Part shown: one piece after another, positions 9,438 through 18,412 of the stretch
Numbering within the stretch: the stretch's first letter is position 1
Layout of the letters: each line of letters opens with the position of its first letter
Virus record (IMG/VR): IMGVR_UViG_3300028594_000013
Span: 1 to 26,928 of that record
DNA: 26,928 nt
Origin: a virus
Lineage: Duplodnaviria; Caudoviricetes
Direction: 5' to 3' (one strand)
The notes under the pieces: model-generated
Told to the model about the DNA's origin: nothing
What the model saw: only the letters and a program-made list of their open reading frames with translations
Database searches by the model: none
Made by a program: the position numbers and the translations under genes

Positions 9438-10271
9438 CTACCTATATACAAAATTAAATATAAATTCTATTGTTGTGTTTTCTAAGCTCTTGCCTGTTAT
9501 TTCTATATCGTTAAATCCTTTATCTAAAGTAATCCAACCCCAATTTGTATCTGCTCCAACTCTTTTATTGTTTATCAGTGGATGTACCCCATCTATAATA
9601 AGTTGTTGGTTCTTCTTAATAGCTTTCTTATATTCAAATACATCACCAGTAGTGTTATTGATTAACTTAAAACCACTAGGAGCATCAACATTAATTTTAA
9701 TTTGCATTTCATAACCCAACACTGGATTAATTGCATCTGTTGAACCGTTATAGATTTTAAAACTTGATGCTGTGTGTTTGTATTTAACATTGCTATCAGA
9801 TAAATAACCACCCTCAAATTGCCACTTATCAGTTTTACTTAAACTGAATTGACTAGTGTCTAAAAGTGATTCTGAATAACCTTTATATACAACAAATTTC
9901 ATTTCAAATGTACCGTATCTAGTACCGATATCTTCTATAGCATTCTCTGATGCATAGACAGCGTACTTTTTACCTGGCATATCTGAATGAACAATAAAAT
10001 AAGGGTCTCTCCTATATATGAGACCCCTTAGTTTTTGCTTTAATAAATTGTAATCTTTAGTATCTTGACCTTTATAGAAGAATCGTAGTATTAAAGAGTA
10101 TGAACCAAATGTAGCAGGACCTAAAAGCCCTACTCCATCTCGTCCTTTCATTTCTTGTGAGTTAACTACTACTTCTACATCTTCTTCATCAAAATCTAAA
10201 AACTTTAAGTTTGGAATATCGGTTAACACTTCTTCAAAGGAATCATTAAACATTCTTACTGTTTTTTTCAA
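9438..10271 (-). CDS. Distal tail protein (Dit, Sipho_tail family)
   Basis: Position after TMP, 277 aa, PYFIVHSDMPGKKYAV and WITLDKGFNDIEI motifs; TTG start with GGAGG RBS. Confidence 0.88.
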   Translation of the reverse strand: MKKTVRMFNDSFEEVLTDIPNLKFLDFDEEDVEVVVNSQEMKGRDGVGLLGPATFGSYSLILRFFYKGQDTKDYNLLKQKLRGLIYRRDPYFIVHSDMPGKKYAVYASENAIEDIGTRYGTFEMKFVVYKGYSESLLDTSQFSLSKTDKWQFEGGYLSDSNVKYKHTASSFKIYNGSTDAINPVLGYEMQIKINVDAPSGFKLINNTTGDVFEYKKAIKKNQQLIIDGVHPLINNKRVGADTNWGWITLDKGFNDIEITGKSLENTTIEFIFNFVYR

Positions 10272-10286
10272 AGTTGTTTACCTCCA

Positions 10287-13200
10287 TTATGACATCCCGA
10301 AATTAAACTGCTTGCTTCTAGCTTTCTTACCTAAACCATGTGACACATCGTCCGTATCATAACCTTTAGGTTGTTGCTCGATGTTTTGAGTTGATGTTAC
10401 AAGTTTAGTAAGCAATTCTATTTGTTTATCTTGTTTTTGTACTTGTTGTGCTAACATTTGTAACAGTGTGTTGTTATCGTAACCTTTATCATTACCATAA
10501 TTATTAGGCATTTGATTAGGTTTTTTATTTTTCTTATCTTTAATCTTACTTTGCGCATACGTGATAAGTTTCATCGCATCACTTGCACGACTTGGATCAA
10601 GTGGAACAACTACTTCACTATGTCCATCCTCTGCAAGATGATAAGTGCCCGCTTGATTTATAACGCCACCTGTTTTATAAGGTAAACCGTGTCCAATTTG
10701 GTTAAGCATTTTCTTAGGTCCATATCTAGCTTTAGCGTATCTCATACCAGCAATTAGGTTGTCCAACGGATTCCAAATATTACCATGTCCAGGTAACTTG
10801 TACTGATTAAATGTAGCAGGTTTAACTTGTACTAAACCAGATGCACCAGATGGGTTTTTAGCTTTAGGGTTAAACGTAGATTCTGTCTTAGCTTGACTCT
10901 GCCATGCTTTGATGTATTTAGCAGTTTGTGGTAATCCAGCCATACCTAATGCTTTCTTAATTGTGCTAGCGTACTTACCACCAGCTTTACCGCCACCATT
11001 GTTTTTCTTCAACCAATTTGTAGGATCAAATGGAACTCCATTCTTTCTCATCTCGTAGTGTAAGTGAGGACCAGTTGAACTACCTGCTCCCGCTCCTTGT
11101 CGAGCAGGATCTCCCCCTGATTTACCTAATAAAGTACCAGGTTTAACAGATTTGGTTCCACTAAATTGAAGTTTACTTAAGTGACCATAAATAACATCCA
11201 TGATACCTGATTTGATCCACATGCTGTTACCGAAACCACCGTTCCATCCGGATTTAGCTGTAGCTTTACCAGATACAGTAGAATAAACATTAGTACCATA
11301 AGGATAGTTGATATCTAAACCGTGATGGGCTCTTGGGAACGGATAACCATTCGCTGCCGCTTCTGCTGCAGTTCTAGCGAAACCGAAGTTAATACCACGT
11401 GACAAGTCAATGTAACCACCGTCACCGTCGCCACCTTCCATTTCATCGAACCAACCTGTGATTTTATCTTTCACAAGTTTTTTTAACCCACTATAACCGA
11501 ACGACATTGTATCTCCCATAGCGCCTTTGACACTAGAGAAATCTACACCAAATTGTTTAAGAACTTTGTCTACTAATTTACCAGGATTGGAAGCATAGTC
11601 CATAACATCGCCGATAGCTTTGCCAATTTTATCTTTAGCTGCTTTAAGTCCTTCTTTAGTACTGTTATAGGCTTTACCTGTGTTTTTAACAACCCAGTCC
11701 CAACCTCCGCCACCACCGTGACCTGAATTCGTTGGAACATACATGTCACCGTGAACTTCGTCACCGTGTTTATGTTTTTTAGCACGTTTTAATAAGTCTG
11801 CACCAGTACCAGTTGAAAGATGTGGCATGATTGATTTAGATTGCATACCACTGTAAACAGCATCTCCACGTCTTAGGTTTACACGTTTATTGTTTCCAAC
11901 AGGTTTTTCTATTTTACCACTCTTACGATGAATGATTTCTTTGTGACCTCTTGGACCGTTTGCATTGCCTAAACCTTTATCATTAACAATAGCTTTAGTT
12001 GGTCTAGTCAAACGTCCTTGTGAGTCGGTTGAAACATTTGGGTTCGCTCCTGTACCAGTTGATAATGTTTTAACTTTATTTTTAATAAGTTTTTTCTTCA
12101 TTATCTTATCTGATAACCAGTTAATACCATCGATCATAGCATTGAGTCCAGATATAGCACCATTTGCTACACCTTTACCTAAATCAGTAGCAACTTTCTT
12201 GAATCCATCTTTAGCATCAGTGATGAAACCTTTCAGTTTGTTCATCCACTCTACGCCTTTGTTGTACATAGCCTTGAACCCGTTAACTACTCCGTTTTTA
12301 GCACCTGTAGCTAAATCAGTGATAGATTTTTTGAGCGCTTTCCACTTACCGGTCACTGCATTTTTTAAACCTTGAGTAATATTTGTTAAAGTTTTTCTTA
12401 TAGAATTAAAAATTGACTTAGCAGTGCTGAACAATGCTCGAATCGTTTTAACAACTGCGTTTCTCAATCCAGACCAAATTGACTTCACTACTTTAGATAA
12501 AGTTGAAGTAATTGAACGCAATACTTTACTCATGGTAGTGAACACAGATTTAGCTGTGTTATATAAAGATTTTGCTAATCCAACAATTGTGTTTTTAATC
12601 CAGTTCCAAGTTGCTTTTAGAGCGTTACCTAAAGACTTTGTGATTTTAGACACAATATCTTTTAATAATTGGAACCTGTTTCGGATTGTGTTGTACAACG
12701 CTTTTGCAATTCCAACTACTGTATTTTTAATTCCCCGCCAAATTGTGCCAATGACTTTAGATAAAGCTGAGAATATTGATCTCACTATTTTAGAGAGTAA
12801 TTGGAAATTGGCAGATACAATAGTTTTGATACCTTTTACCGGATTGGTAACTAATAGTTTGATTAAATTCCAAATGTTCCTAGTAAAATTAGCAATGTTT
12901 GTAAAAATTGACTTAATAAAATTCCAAATGGAAGTGAAAATTTTCTTCACGATTCCCCAAATAGAACTTAGTATTCCAGAGAATGTACCTCTCACAGAAC
13001 CTAGAGAACCTTTAACTATTGATTTGATTAGATTCAATCCTAGTTTGAATACACCAAAGATTTTACCTACAAACCAAAGTTGTACTAAGTTCCAAATGAA
13101 TTTGAAAGCTCCAAAGAATATTTGTTTTACGCCTTCCCACATTTTACTGAAATCACCAGTGAATAATCCTGAGAACACCTTGATTAAGCCCATGATTATG

Positions 13201-15185
13201 TTTAGTCCACCCATGACTACGCCTTTTATAGCCTGCCACGTTGAAACAAAAATATATTTAATTAAAGACCAACCTACTCTAAAAATAGCTTGTATCGCAG
13301 GCATTATAAATTGGATAAAGGAGAGGATTCCACCAAACACTGTCTTAAATAATGAACCTATTTGGGATAGTACTGGTTGTATGAAAGTCCACATAACTAC
13401 AAATCCAGTCTTAATATTGTTCAGAGCTTGCATAAATTGTGGACCATTCTCTGCCCAGAACTGGCCAAATGTCTTAGCAATTTGTTGTCCAAATTTGCTA
13501 ATAGCTTGTCCAATTGGGGTCAACACTGTCATGATTCCTGACCAAAGTAATTTAAACCCTTCAACCACACCATGAATTGCACCGTTGACTATATTTCTAA
13601 ATGTTTCTGATTTTTTGTATGCGATGACAAAGGCTGTAACTAAACCTGTAATAGCTAAAACTGTTAAACCTATTGGTCCAGTTAACGCCCCTAGAACCAT
13701 AGATAATTTAGGAAACACTGAAGCAAATGCAGATGCAAATGTAGACCCAGTCTTCATCGCACCGGAAATTTTACCCATGTTTAACATTAAAGTTGTCATT
13801 GGACCAAACATTCCCGATATAGCAAGACCTAATTTACTGAATATGGTTAACATCGGACCAACTGCGACCAGTGTTAAAGCCGACCATTTAACAATACCAC
13901 CCAACACTTTCTGAGTAGTACCGCCTAGACCGTTCCACCAATCAAGTACACCCTTAATACCATTGGCAATAGTAGTAAACGCATTAGCAAGTTTCACACC
14001 AGTTTCCTGCGCCCATTTTTGTGCAGCATCTGAACTAAGTAGTTTTTCAAACTCATGTAATGAACCTTTAGCTTGTTCAAATGTTCCACTTAATAAACCT
14101 TCACCGATTTGTCCTATATAGGCTTTAGTATTCTGAACCATACCTTGCCAAGATTTGGAATAGGCTTTGGCCATTCCACCAGCGAAATCATCCATTACAG
14201 TTAAGAAGTCGTTTGAAGTAACTTCACCGTTAGTAACCATTTCTCTAAACGCATCGTAAGAAACACCAAGGTGTTCTGCCATAGCGTTACTAAAGCCTGG
14301 CATACCTTCTTCAACCATGTTTAATTCTTGGGTCATGAGCTTACCTTGACCTTGCACACGGTTAAATATCATTGCCATATCAGCCACTGGTCGGTTAGCA
14401 CCAACTGCTGCATCACCTACAAGTTTGATGTATTTCTCTAAATCTTTACCTTCTTTAACTCCTGCTGCTAAAGCACCTGCTGCAACGTCAGTACCTTCTG
14501 CCATTGTGGTCATACCACCTTTAATGGCGTTGGTTACTTGATCAGTAATCGATCCAACTTCTTTTGTAGAATAACCCAAACCTTCAAGTTTTGCTTTTGC
14601 AGTATCTAAACCAACAAGTCTGTCAAAACCAAGTTTAGCTGTAATACCACCAACTGCAGCGCCAGCAACTAAAGCAGGTTTGGTAATCTTGTTACTAAAC
14701 GAACGACCCATGTCACCCATCTTGGTAGATACTGACTTTATTGAATCACCCATTGAACTAAAAGTATTACCAGCCTTAGTCCAACTTGAACTATCAATTG
14801 CTTGGTTTTTCTTAAACAGTTTCATCTCATTAGTAGTTTGGGTAATTTGATGACCCATGTAGTTAATTTCTTCTTTTAACTTGGAAACAGTTTCACTCGC
14901 TCTTAAAGCCTGCGTACTATTTTCCCCGTGTTGTTCAACCATCTTAGCTTCTTCTCTAGTTGCAGCTTTAAGCTCATTTTTCAAATTAGCTTGCGCTACT
15001 TTCAAGTTCTTCAATTGATAGTAATAACCAGATGCAGACTTTTCAGACCTGTTAAACATTCTTGTTGAATTCAAAGCTTCTGATTTTAACGTTTTGAAAG
15101 ATTGTTTAATCTGTCCGACTGTTCTTTCTACACCTAGATCCCTCATGGAGACTTCTATTCGCATACTTCTAATATCTTCTGCCAT
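10287..15185 (-). CDS. Tape measure protein with C-terminal M23 peptidase and lytic transglycosylase (SLT) domains
   Basis: 1632 aa with a tape-measure domain (GKLMTQELN), amphipathic Trp/Phe-periodic repeats, M23 motifs (HHGLD, YGHL, STGPHLHYE) and SLT motifs (ESTFNPKA, ASGLVQ, NPLDNLIAGMRY). Confidence 0.95.
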   Translation of the reverse strand: MAEDIRSMRIEVSMRDLGVERTVGQIKQSFKTLKSEALNSTRMFNRSEKSASGYYYQLKNLKVAQANLKNELKAATREEAKMVEQHGENSTQALRASETVSKLKEEINYMGHQITQTTNEMKLFKKNQAIDSSSWTKAGNTFSSMGDSIKSVSTKMGDMGRSFSNKITKPALVAGAAVGGITAKLGFDRLVGLDTAKAKLEGLGYSTKEVGSITDQVTNAIKGGMTTMAEGTDVAAGALAAGVKEGKDLEKYIKLVGDAAVGANRPVADMAMIFNRVQGQGKLMTQELNMVEEGMPGFSNAMAEHLGVSYDAFREMVTNGEVTSNDFLTVMDDFAGGMAKAYSKSWQGMVQNTKAYIGQIGEGLLSGTFEQAKGSLHEFEKLLSSDAAQKWAQETGVKLANAFTTIANGIKGVLDWWNGLGGTTQKVLGGIVKWSALTLVAVGPMLTIFSKLGLAISGMFGPMTTLMLNMGKISGAMKTGSTFASAFASVFPKLSMVLGALTGPIGLTVLAITGLVTAFVIAYKKSETFRNIVNGAIHGVVEGFKLLWSGIMTVLTPIGQAISKFGQQIAKTFGQFWAENGPQFMQALNNIKTGFVVMWTFIQPVLSQIGSLFKTVFGGILSFIQFIMPAIQAIFRVGWSLIKYIFVSTWQAIKGVVMGGLNIIMGLIKVFSGLFTGDFSKMWEGVKQIFFGAFKFIWNLVQLWFVGKIFGVFKLGLNLIKSIVKGSLGSVRGTFSGILSSIWGIVKKIFTSIWNFIKSIFTNIANFTRNIWNLIKLLVTNPVKGIKTIVSANFQLLSKIVRSIFSALSKVIGTIWRGIKNTVVGIAKALYNTIRNRFQLLKDIVSKITKSLGNALKATWNWIKNTIVGLAKSLYNTAKSVFTTMSKVLRSITSTLSKVVKSIWSGLRNAVVKTIRALFSTAKSIFNSIRKTLTNITQGLKNAVTGKWKALKKSITDLATGAKNGVVNGFKAMYNKGVEWMNKLKGFITDAKDGFKKVATDLGKGVANGAISGLNAMIDGINWLSDKIMKKKLIKNKVKTLSTGTGANPNVSTDSQGRLTRPTKAIVNDKGLGNANGPRGHKEIIHRKSGKIEKPVGNNKRVNLRRGDAVYSGMQSKSIMPHLSTGTGADLLKRAKKHKHGDEVHGDMYVPTNSGHGGGGGWDWVVKNTGKAYNSTKEGLKAAKDKIGKAIGDVMDYASNPGKLVDKVLKQFGVDFSSVKGAMGDTMSFGYSGLKKLVKDKITGWFDEMEGGDGDGGYIDLSRGINFGFARTAAEAAANGYPFPRAHHGLDINYPYGTNVYSTVSGKATAKSGWNGGFGNSMWIKSGIMDVIYGHLSKLQFSGTKSVKPGTLLGKSGGDPARQGAGAGSSTGPHLHYEMRKNGVPFDPTNWLKKNNGGGKAGGKYASTIKKALGMAGLPQTAKYIKAWQSQAKTESTFNPKAKNPSGASGLVQVKPATFNQYKLPGHGNIWNPLDNLIAGMRYAKARYGPKKMLNQIGHGLPYKTGGVINQAGTYHLAEDGHSEVVVPLDPSRASDAMKLITYAQSKIKDKKNKKPNQMPNNYGNDKGYDNNTLLQMLAQQVQKQDKQIELLTKLVTSTQNIEQQPKGYDTDDVSHGLGKKARSKQFNFGMS

Positions 15186-15199
15186 TTTCTCACCTACCT

Positions 15200-15724
15200 T
15201 TACATAAACGCATCAATCATTGATTCCTTGTGATTTTTCTTCTTAGCTTCTCCGTTTAATTCATCGAATACGAAGAAAAAAGGCATGTTCAAAACATTGT
15301 TTATATCTTGACCACCTTCTTTAACCATGTCTTGTATAGTTGCTTTCAAATTATTTTTATAATCTGTCCAACTAGAAACAGTGGTTTGCTTCACTTTAGA
15401 ATCTTCTACTTTTTCATCGATACTCTGACCGCTTGCAACGAATATCACCTGTTCATACAGGTATACCATCGATTCATTAATCGGTAGACCATCGATAAGT
15501 TGAGTCTTAGTAAATTGTTCATCATAGATCCTTACGACAAGGTCAAGTAACTGGTGTATTTCATGTAAACTAGGATTTTTATTTGAAGATGAAAGAAAAG
15601 AAACACATTCATATACGAGGGATAGTTTCAAAGAGGGACGAGTGTTGAACGTCTCCCACTTTGAAGGTTCACCCGATGAATTAAATTGAGTAACAAACTC
15701 AATACAGTTACTTTTCATCGTCAA
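15200..15724 (-). CDS. Tail assembly chaperone, gpGT-like (gpG-like N domain plus gpT-like C domain)
   Basis: Directly upstream of TMP. The N part resembles the upstream chaperone (YDEQFTKTQLIDGL); the C part has the GQDINNVLNMPF motif. Likely start ATG 15718. Confidence 0.75.
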   Translation of the reverse strand: MTMKSNCIEFVTQFNSSGEPSKWETFNTRPSLKLSLVYECVSFLSSSNKNPSLHEIHQLLDLVVRIYDEQFTKTQLIDGLPINESMVYLYEQVIFVASGQSIDEKVEDSKVKQTTVSSWTDYKNNLKATIQDMVKEGGQDINNVLNMPFFFVFDELNGEAKKKNHKESMIDAFM

Positions 15725-15736
15725 TCACTCGTTTCA

Positions 15737-16066
15737 TTATTTTTTAGTTTCTGCTTTAGGTAATTCACCAGTGGAGATAAATTCGATGTTTTCTCTAATA
15801 ACACGAACAGCATCAGGAGCATGTAATCCGTCCATTAATTCTTCTGTTGTGAATTGGTTGTTATATAAATCACAAATAACTTGCATCATTTCGTCCATTG
15901 CTTCCATTTCTGATTTATCTTCTAATTTTTCTAATTTTTTAGTTGCTTTCATCAATTTACTGAATGGAATAAATTTAGGTGTTTGATACTCTTTTGTAAC
16001 TAGTTCTCCATTTTCGTTAACGTCTTGAATTAATTCGATACTCATTTGTTTTGTTTTAGTTGTCAT
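15737..16066 (-). CDS. Tail assembly chaperone gpG
   Basis: Position between MTP and TMP; YNNQFTTEELMDGLHAPD motif; start ATG 16066 with AGAGGT RBS. Confidence 0.82.
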   Translation of the reverse strand: MTTKTKQMSIELIQDVNENGELVTKEYQTPKFIPFSKLMKATKKLEKLEDKSEMEAMDEMMQVICDLYNNQFTTEELMDGLHAPDAVRVIRENIEFISTGELPKAETKK

Positions 16067-16100
16067 GTACAATTACCTCTTTTTAATTTATTTTTGTCAT

Positions 16101-16133
16101 AAGAAAAAGGACCACCACAAAGTGATGACCCTT
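16101..16133 (-). terminator. Intrinsic terminator between the MTP-linked small ORF and gpG
   Basis: Minus strand AAGGGTCATCAC-ttt-GTGGTGGTCCTT-TTTCTT, a 12-bp stem including G-U pairs. Confidence 0.7.
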
Positions 16134-16141
16134 AACATTTA

Positions 16142-16351
16142 CTATTCTTCAATTTCTTGTTCCGTTTCTTGCTCGATCTCTTTAATTAATGTTTTACCTC
16201 TTTTATTATCATTACCTGATAATTCTTCGATACGTTGTTCACTAATCTTTTTGTTAGCAGGTTTAGGGAACGTATCTCCTTCTTCATAAGTCTTGTTTTT
16301 ATCTTGCAAATCAATAAATTTGTGTAAGACTTCGTACTTTTTCTTAGCCAT
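16142..16351 (-). CDS. Small hypothetical phage protein following MTP
   Basis: GGAGG RBS; YEVLHKFIDLQD...YEEGDTFP...RIEEL motif typical of small Firmicutes siphophage structural-module proteins. Confidence 0.75.
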   Translation of the reverse strand: MAKKKYEVLHKFIDLQDKNKTYEEGDTFPKPANKKISEQRIEELSGNDNKRGKTLIKEIEQETEQEIEE

Positions 16352-16369
16352 AATCAAACCTCCTGTGTA

Positions 16370-16975
16370 TTATGCACCCAATTCTTCTTCCGGAGTACTT
16401 TCTTCACTGTCAGGGTGAGCAACACCAAATACTTTTTGATAAATAGCATCACGCATCTTAGTTTCGCCTTTTTCGTCACGACCTAAGATCATTGCTTTTT
16501 TACCTTCTACACCTGGAATGTCAGTTGGCATGAATTCACCAGTTGATTGATCTTGAGAGAACTCAACACCGTCTTCTTTAGTTTGTCCTTCAACTTCTGG
16601 GAATGTAAACATACCTTTTGGTAAACCTACATATTCAACTGCTCCAGATTCCATTGTTTTTTCAAAGATTACTGAAACGTATGGTGGAGTATCGTCTCCA
16701 ACATAAACAGCTCCATCCTCATCCTCATATAAACCGAATAATTTAACTCGGTCAGATAATGGTAGATGGTGGAATGTTGACTCTAATTCAATTGTTCCGT
16801 TTGATACTGCCATTTCTGCTACAGTATTGTCCCCATATGCTTTTTCAATTGATTGTTCTTTTGATACTGATACTTCTTGTAAATACTCAATAGCTTCTAC
16901 GTCTTTAACGTCTTCGCCTTCTACTTTGTATTTAAAACCTTTTAAACCAGTAAATGAGTTATATTGTTTAGCCAT
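16370..16975 (-). CDS. Major tail protein (phi13-like family)
   Basis: 201 aa; AYGDN, PPYVSVIFEK, YVGLPKGMF and QTKEDGVEF motifs; position after the neck genes. Confidence 0.9.
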   Translation of the reverse strand: MAKQYNSFTGLKGFKYKVEGEDVKDVEAIEYLQEVSVSKEQSIEKAYGDNTVAEMAVSNGTIELESTFHHLPLSDRVKLFGLYEDEDGAVYVGDDTPPYVSVIFEKTMESGAVEYVGLPKGMFTFPEVEGQTKEDGVEFSQDQSTGEFMPTDIPGVEGKKAMILGRDEKGETKMRDAIYQKVFGVAHPDSEESTPEEELGA

Positions 16976-17391
16976 TATAAATACCCCTTGTTTATATATT
17001 TTTTGCCCCTAAATTGTTTTGATGCTTGATAAAGATTGAAGTCAGGGTAATAATCTGGTTTGAAAGAATTAAATTCTCCAAATCCAAATTGTTCCCACAT
17101 GATTTTTGAAACACGTAAAATAAGCTCCCTACATAGTAAGGAGCCGTTTACTTGGTTATTCTTTTGTTTTATGAACAAATCTATTTGTAAAAGATAATCG
17201 TAAGTTAGTGGATTATCGTCTGCAAAATCTGCTGCTGTAGGGCTAAACACCTCATCAATGACTATCACATTATCTGAAATGTCATTAGCGTTTCGATGAA
17301 TAAAAAATTCAATATCCCCATTTTTAAAGTGTTGAGAAACGATAGGATCATCTAACAATGCATTGTGTATTTCTAGGAATAAATCCCTCAT
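16975..17391 (-). CDS. Tail terminator / tail completion protein
   Basis: Position directly before MTP, 138 aa, LLQIDLF motif, coupled start and stop codons. Confidence 0.7.
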   Translation of the reverse strand: MRDLFLEIHNALLDDPIVSQHFKNGDIEFFIHRNANDISDNVIVIDEVFSPTAADFADDNPLTYDYLLQIDLFIKQKNNQVNGSLLCRELILRVSKIMWEQFGFGEFNSFKPDYYPDFNLYQASKQFRGKKYINKGYL

Positions 17392-17783
17392 TGTTTATCC
17401 ATTTCCCTTTTAACGATGTCAAAATATTGGTCGCTGTAATATCTCAAAACAGTGTTAACAGATCCCGCACCCATTGGTTTGAAAAATGTACCGTCTCTAA
17501 GATAGTGACCATGCTCATTTATAAATGCTAAAGTTTGATGTTCTCCTCGCCAATAAAGACTGGCTATCATTTCTTGTCCCACTTTTTTAGGGTCTCTTAA
17601 ATCTGTACCTACAGCTAATTCCCCTGTATCTCTATAACGATACAAGTTTGTAGCGACTTTGTTTCTTATAAAATTCCCACCAGCTTTAATTGCTCTTTTC
17701 TCCGCTTTATCCATGTTTCTTCTATTATATTTACGGTATATATCTTTTTCGATGAGTTCCAAACCTTCTATTTTTACGCCGAT
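17388..17783 (-). CDS. HK97 gp10-like neck/tail completion protein
   Basis: RAIKAGG, RDTGEL and FINEHGH motifs. The frame is open from ATC 17783 (IGVKIEGLE...); the track starts at TTG 17762. Confidence 0.75.
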   Translation of the reverse strand: MGVKIEGLELIEKDIYRKYNRRNMDKAEKRAIKAGGNFIRNKVATNLYRYRDTGELAVGTDLRDPKKVGQEMIASLYWRGEHQTLAFINEHGHYLRDGTFFKPMGAGSVNTVLRYYSDQYFDIVKREMDKQ

Positions 17784-18106
17784 ATCTCAGAACCTACTAT
17801 CTTGATAGTGTTCTGCTCTTTAGGAGCAACACTTTTAATGTTGAATTCAGTTCCTTGATACATACCGGTTTCAATAGTGAAAGTTTGTTTAACCTTTGGA
17901 ACAAACTCTGGATAAACATTACGAATAATAAGCGTTACACTAATAGTCGAAGTTTCTAAACTATTTAGTTCAATATCTTTACTAGACGGTTCATAAATTT
18001 CTCCCCATGATCTAAAAACTTCCACTTTTCCACCCATACCTGGATAAGGACTGTTATTTTCAGATGAGTGAAATGTTACAAAATCTTGCATCGCATCAAC
18101 TCTCAT
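17774..18106 (-). CDS. Head closure / head-tail adaptor (SPP1 gp16-like)
   Basis: 110 aa, second neck gene, TLIIR...FNIKSV pattern. Confidence 0.75.
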   Translation of the reverse strand: MRVDAMQDFVTFHSSENNSPYPGMGGKVEVFRSWGEIYEPSSKDIELNSLETSTISVTLIIRNVYPEFVPKVKQTFTIETGMYQGTEFNIKSVAPKEQNTIKIVGSEISA

Positions 18107-18395
18107 AAGGATAAGCCCCTCTCAACTTTTGTATAGTTCCAAGTACACCATCGGGAACTGGTTTATAATCAATGTCCGAATATGCGTACCTGTTTTGGAA
18201 ATAATGGGAAGTTAATAAGAAAACACCACGTTCAAAAATCTTATTATCTTTGAAAAAATCTTCATCTCTTGTTTCATCATCAGGGTAGACAGAATCTTTT
18301 ATTTCAGATTCTGCCCATTCCTTATACATCTCAATTAGGGGGTCTTCCATTTTATGTGTTACATGTAGATGTAACTTCAACTGTTCAAGATTCAA
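18096..18395 (-). CDS. Head-tail connector (HK97 gp6-like)
   Basis: LEQLKLHLHV...ED.LI...LLTSHYFQNR...VPDGV...IQKLR signature; TTG start with GAGGGG RBS. Confidence 0.88.
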   Translation of the reverse strand: MNLEQLKLHLHVTHKMEDPLIEMYKEWAESEIKDSVYPDDETRDEDFFKDNKIFERGVFLLTSHYFQNRYAYSDIDYKPVPDGVLGTIQKLRGAYPYES

Positions 18396-18412
18396 TCACA
18401 TCCCCTCATTTC

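Noticed and set aside
11965-13914. Long plus-strand ORFs (136, 383 and 109 aa) antisense to the tape measure gene
   Set aside because: They lie wholly within the TMP gene, have no recognisable motifs, and are the usual antisense shadows of biased TMP codon usage.
15725-15748. Programmed frameshift at the end of gpG (ACT AAA AAA TAA)
   Set aside because: The downstream ORF is in the same frame behind three stop codons, so a shift cannot reach it.
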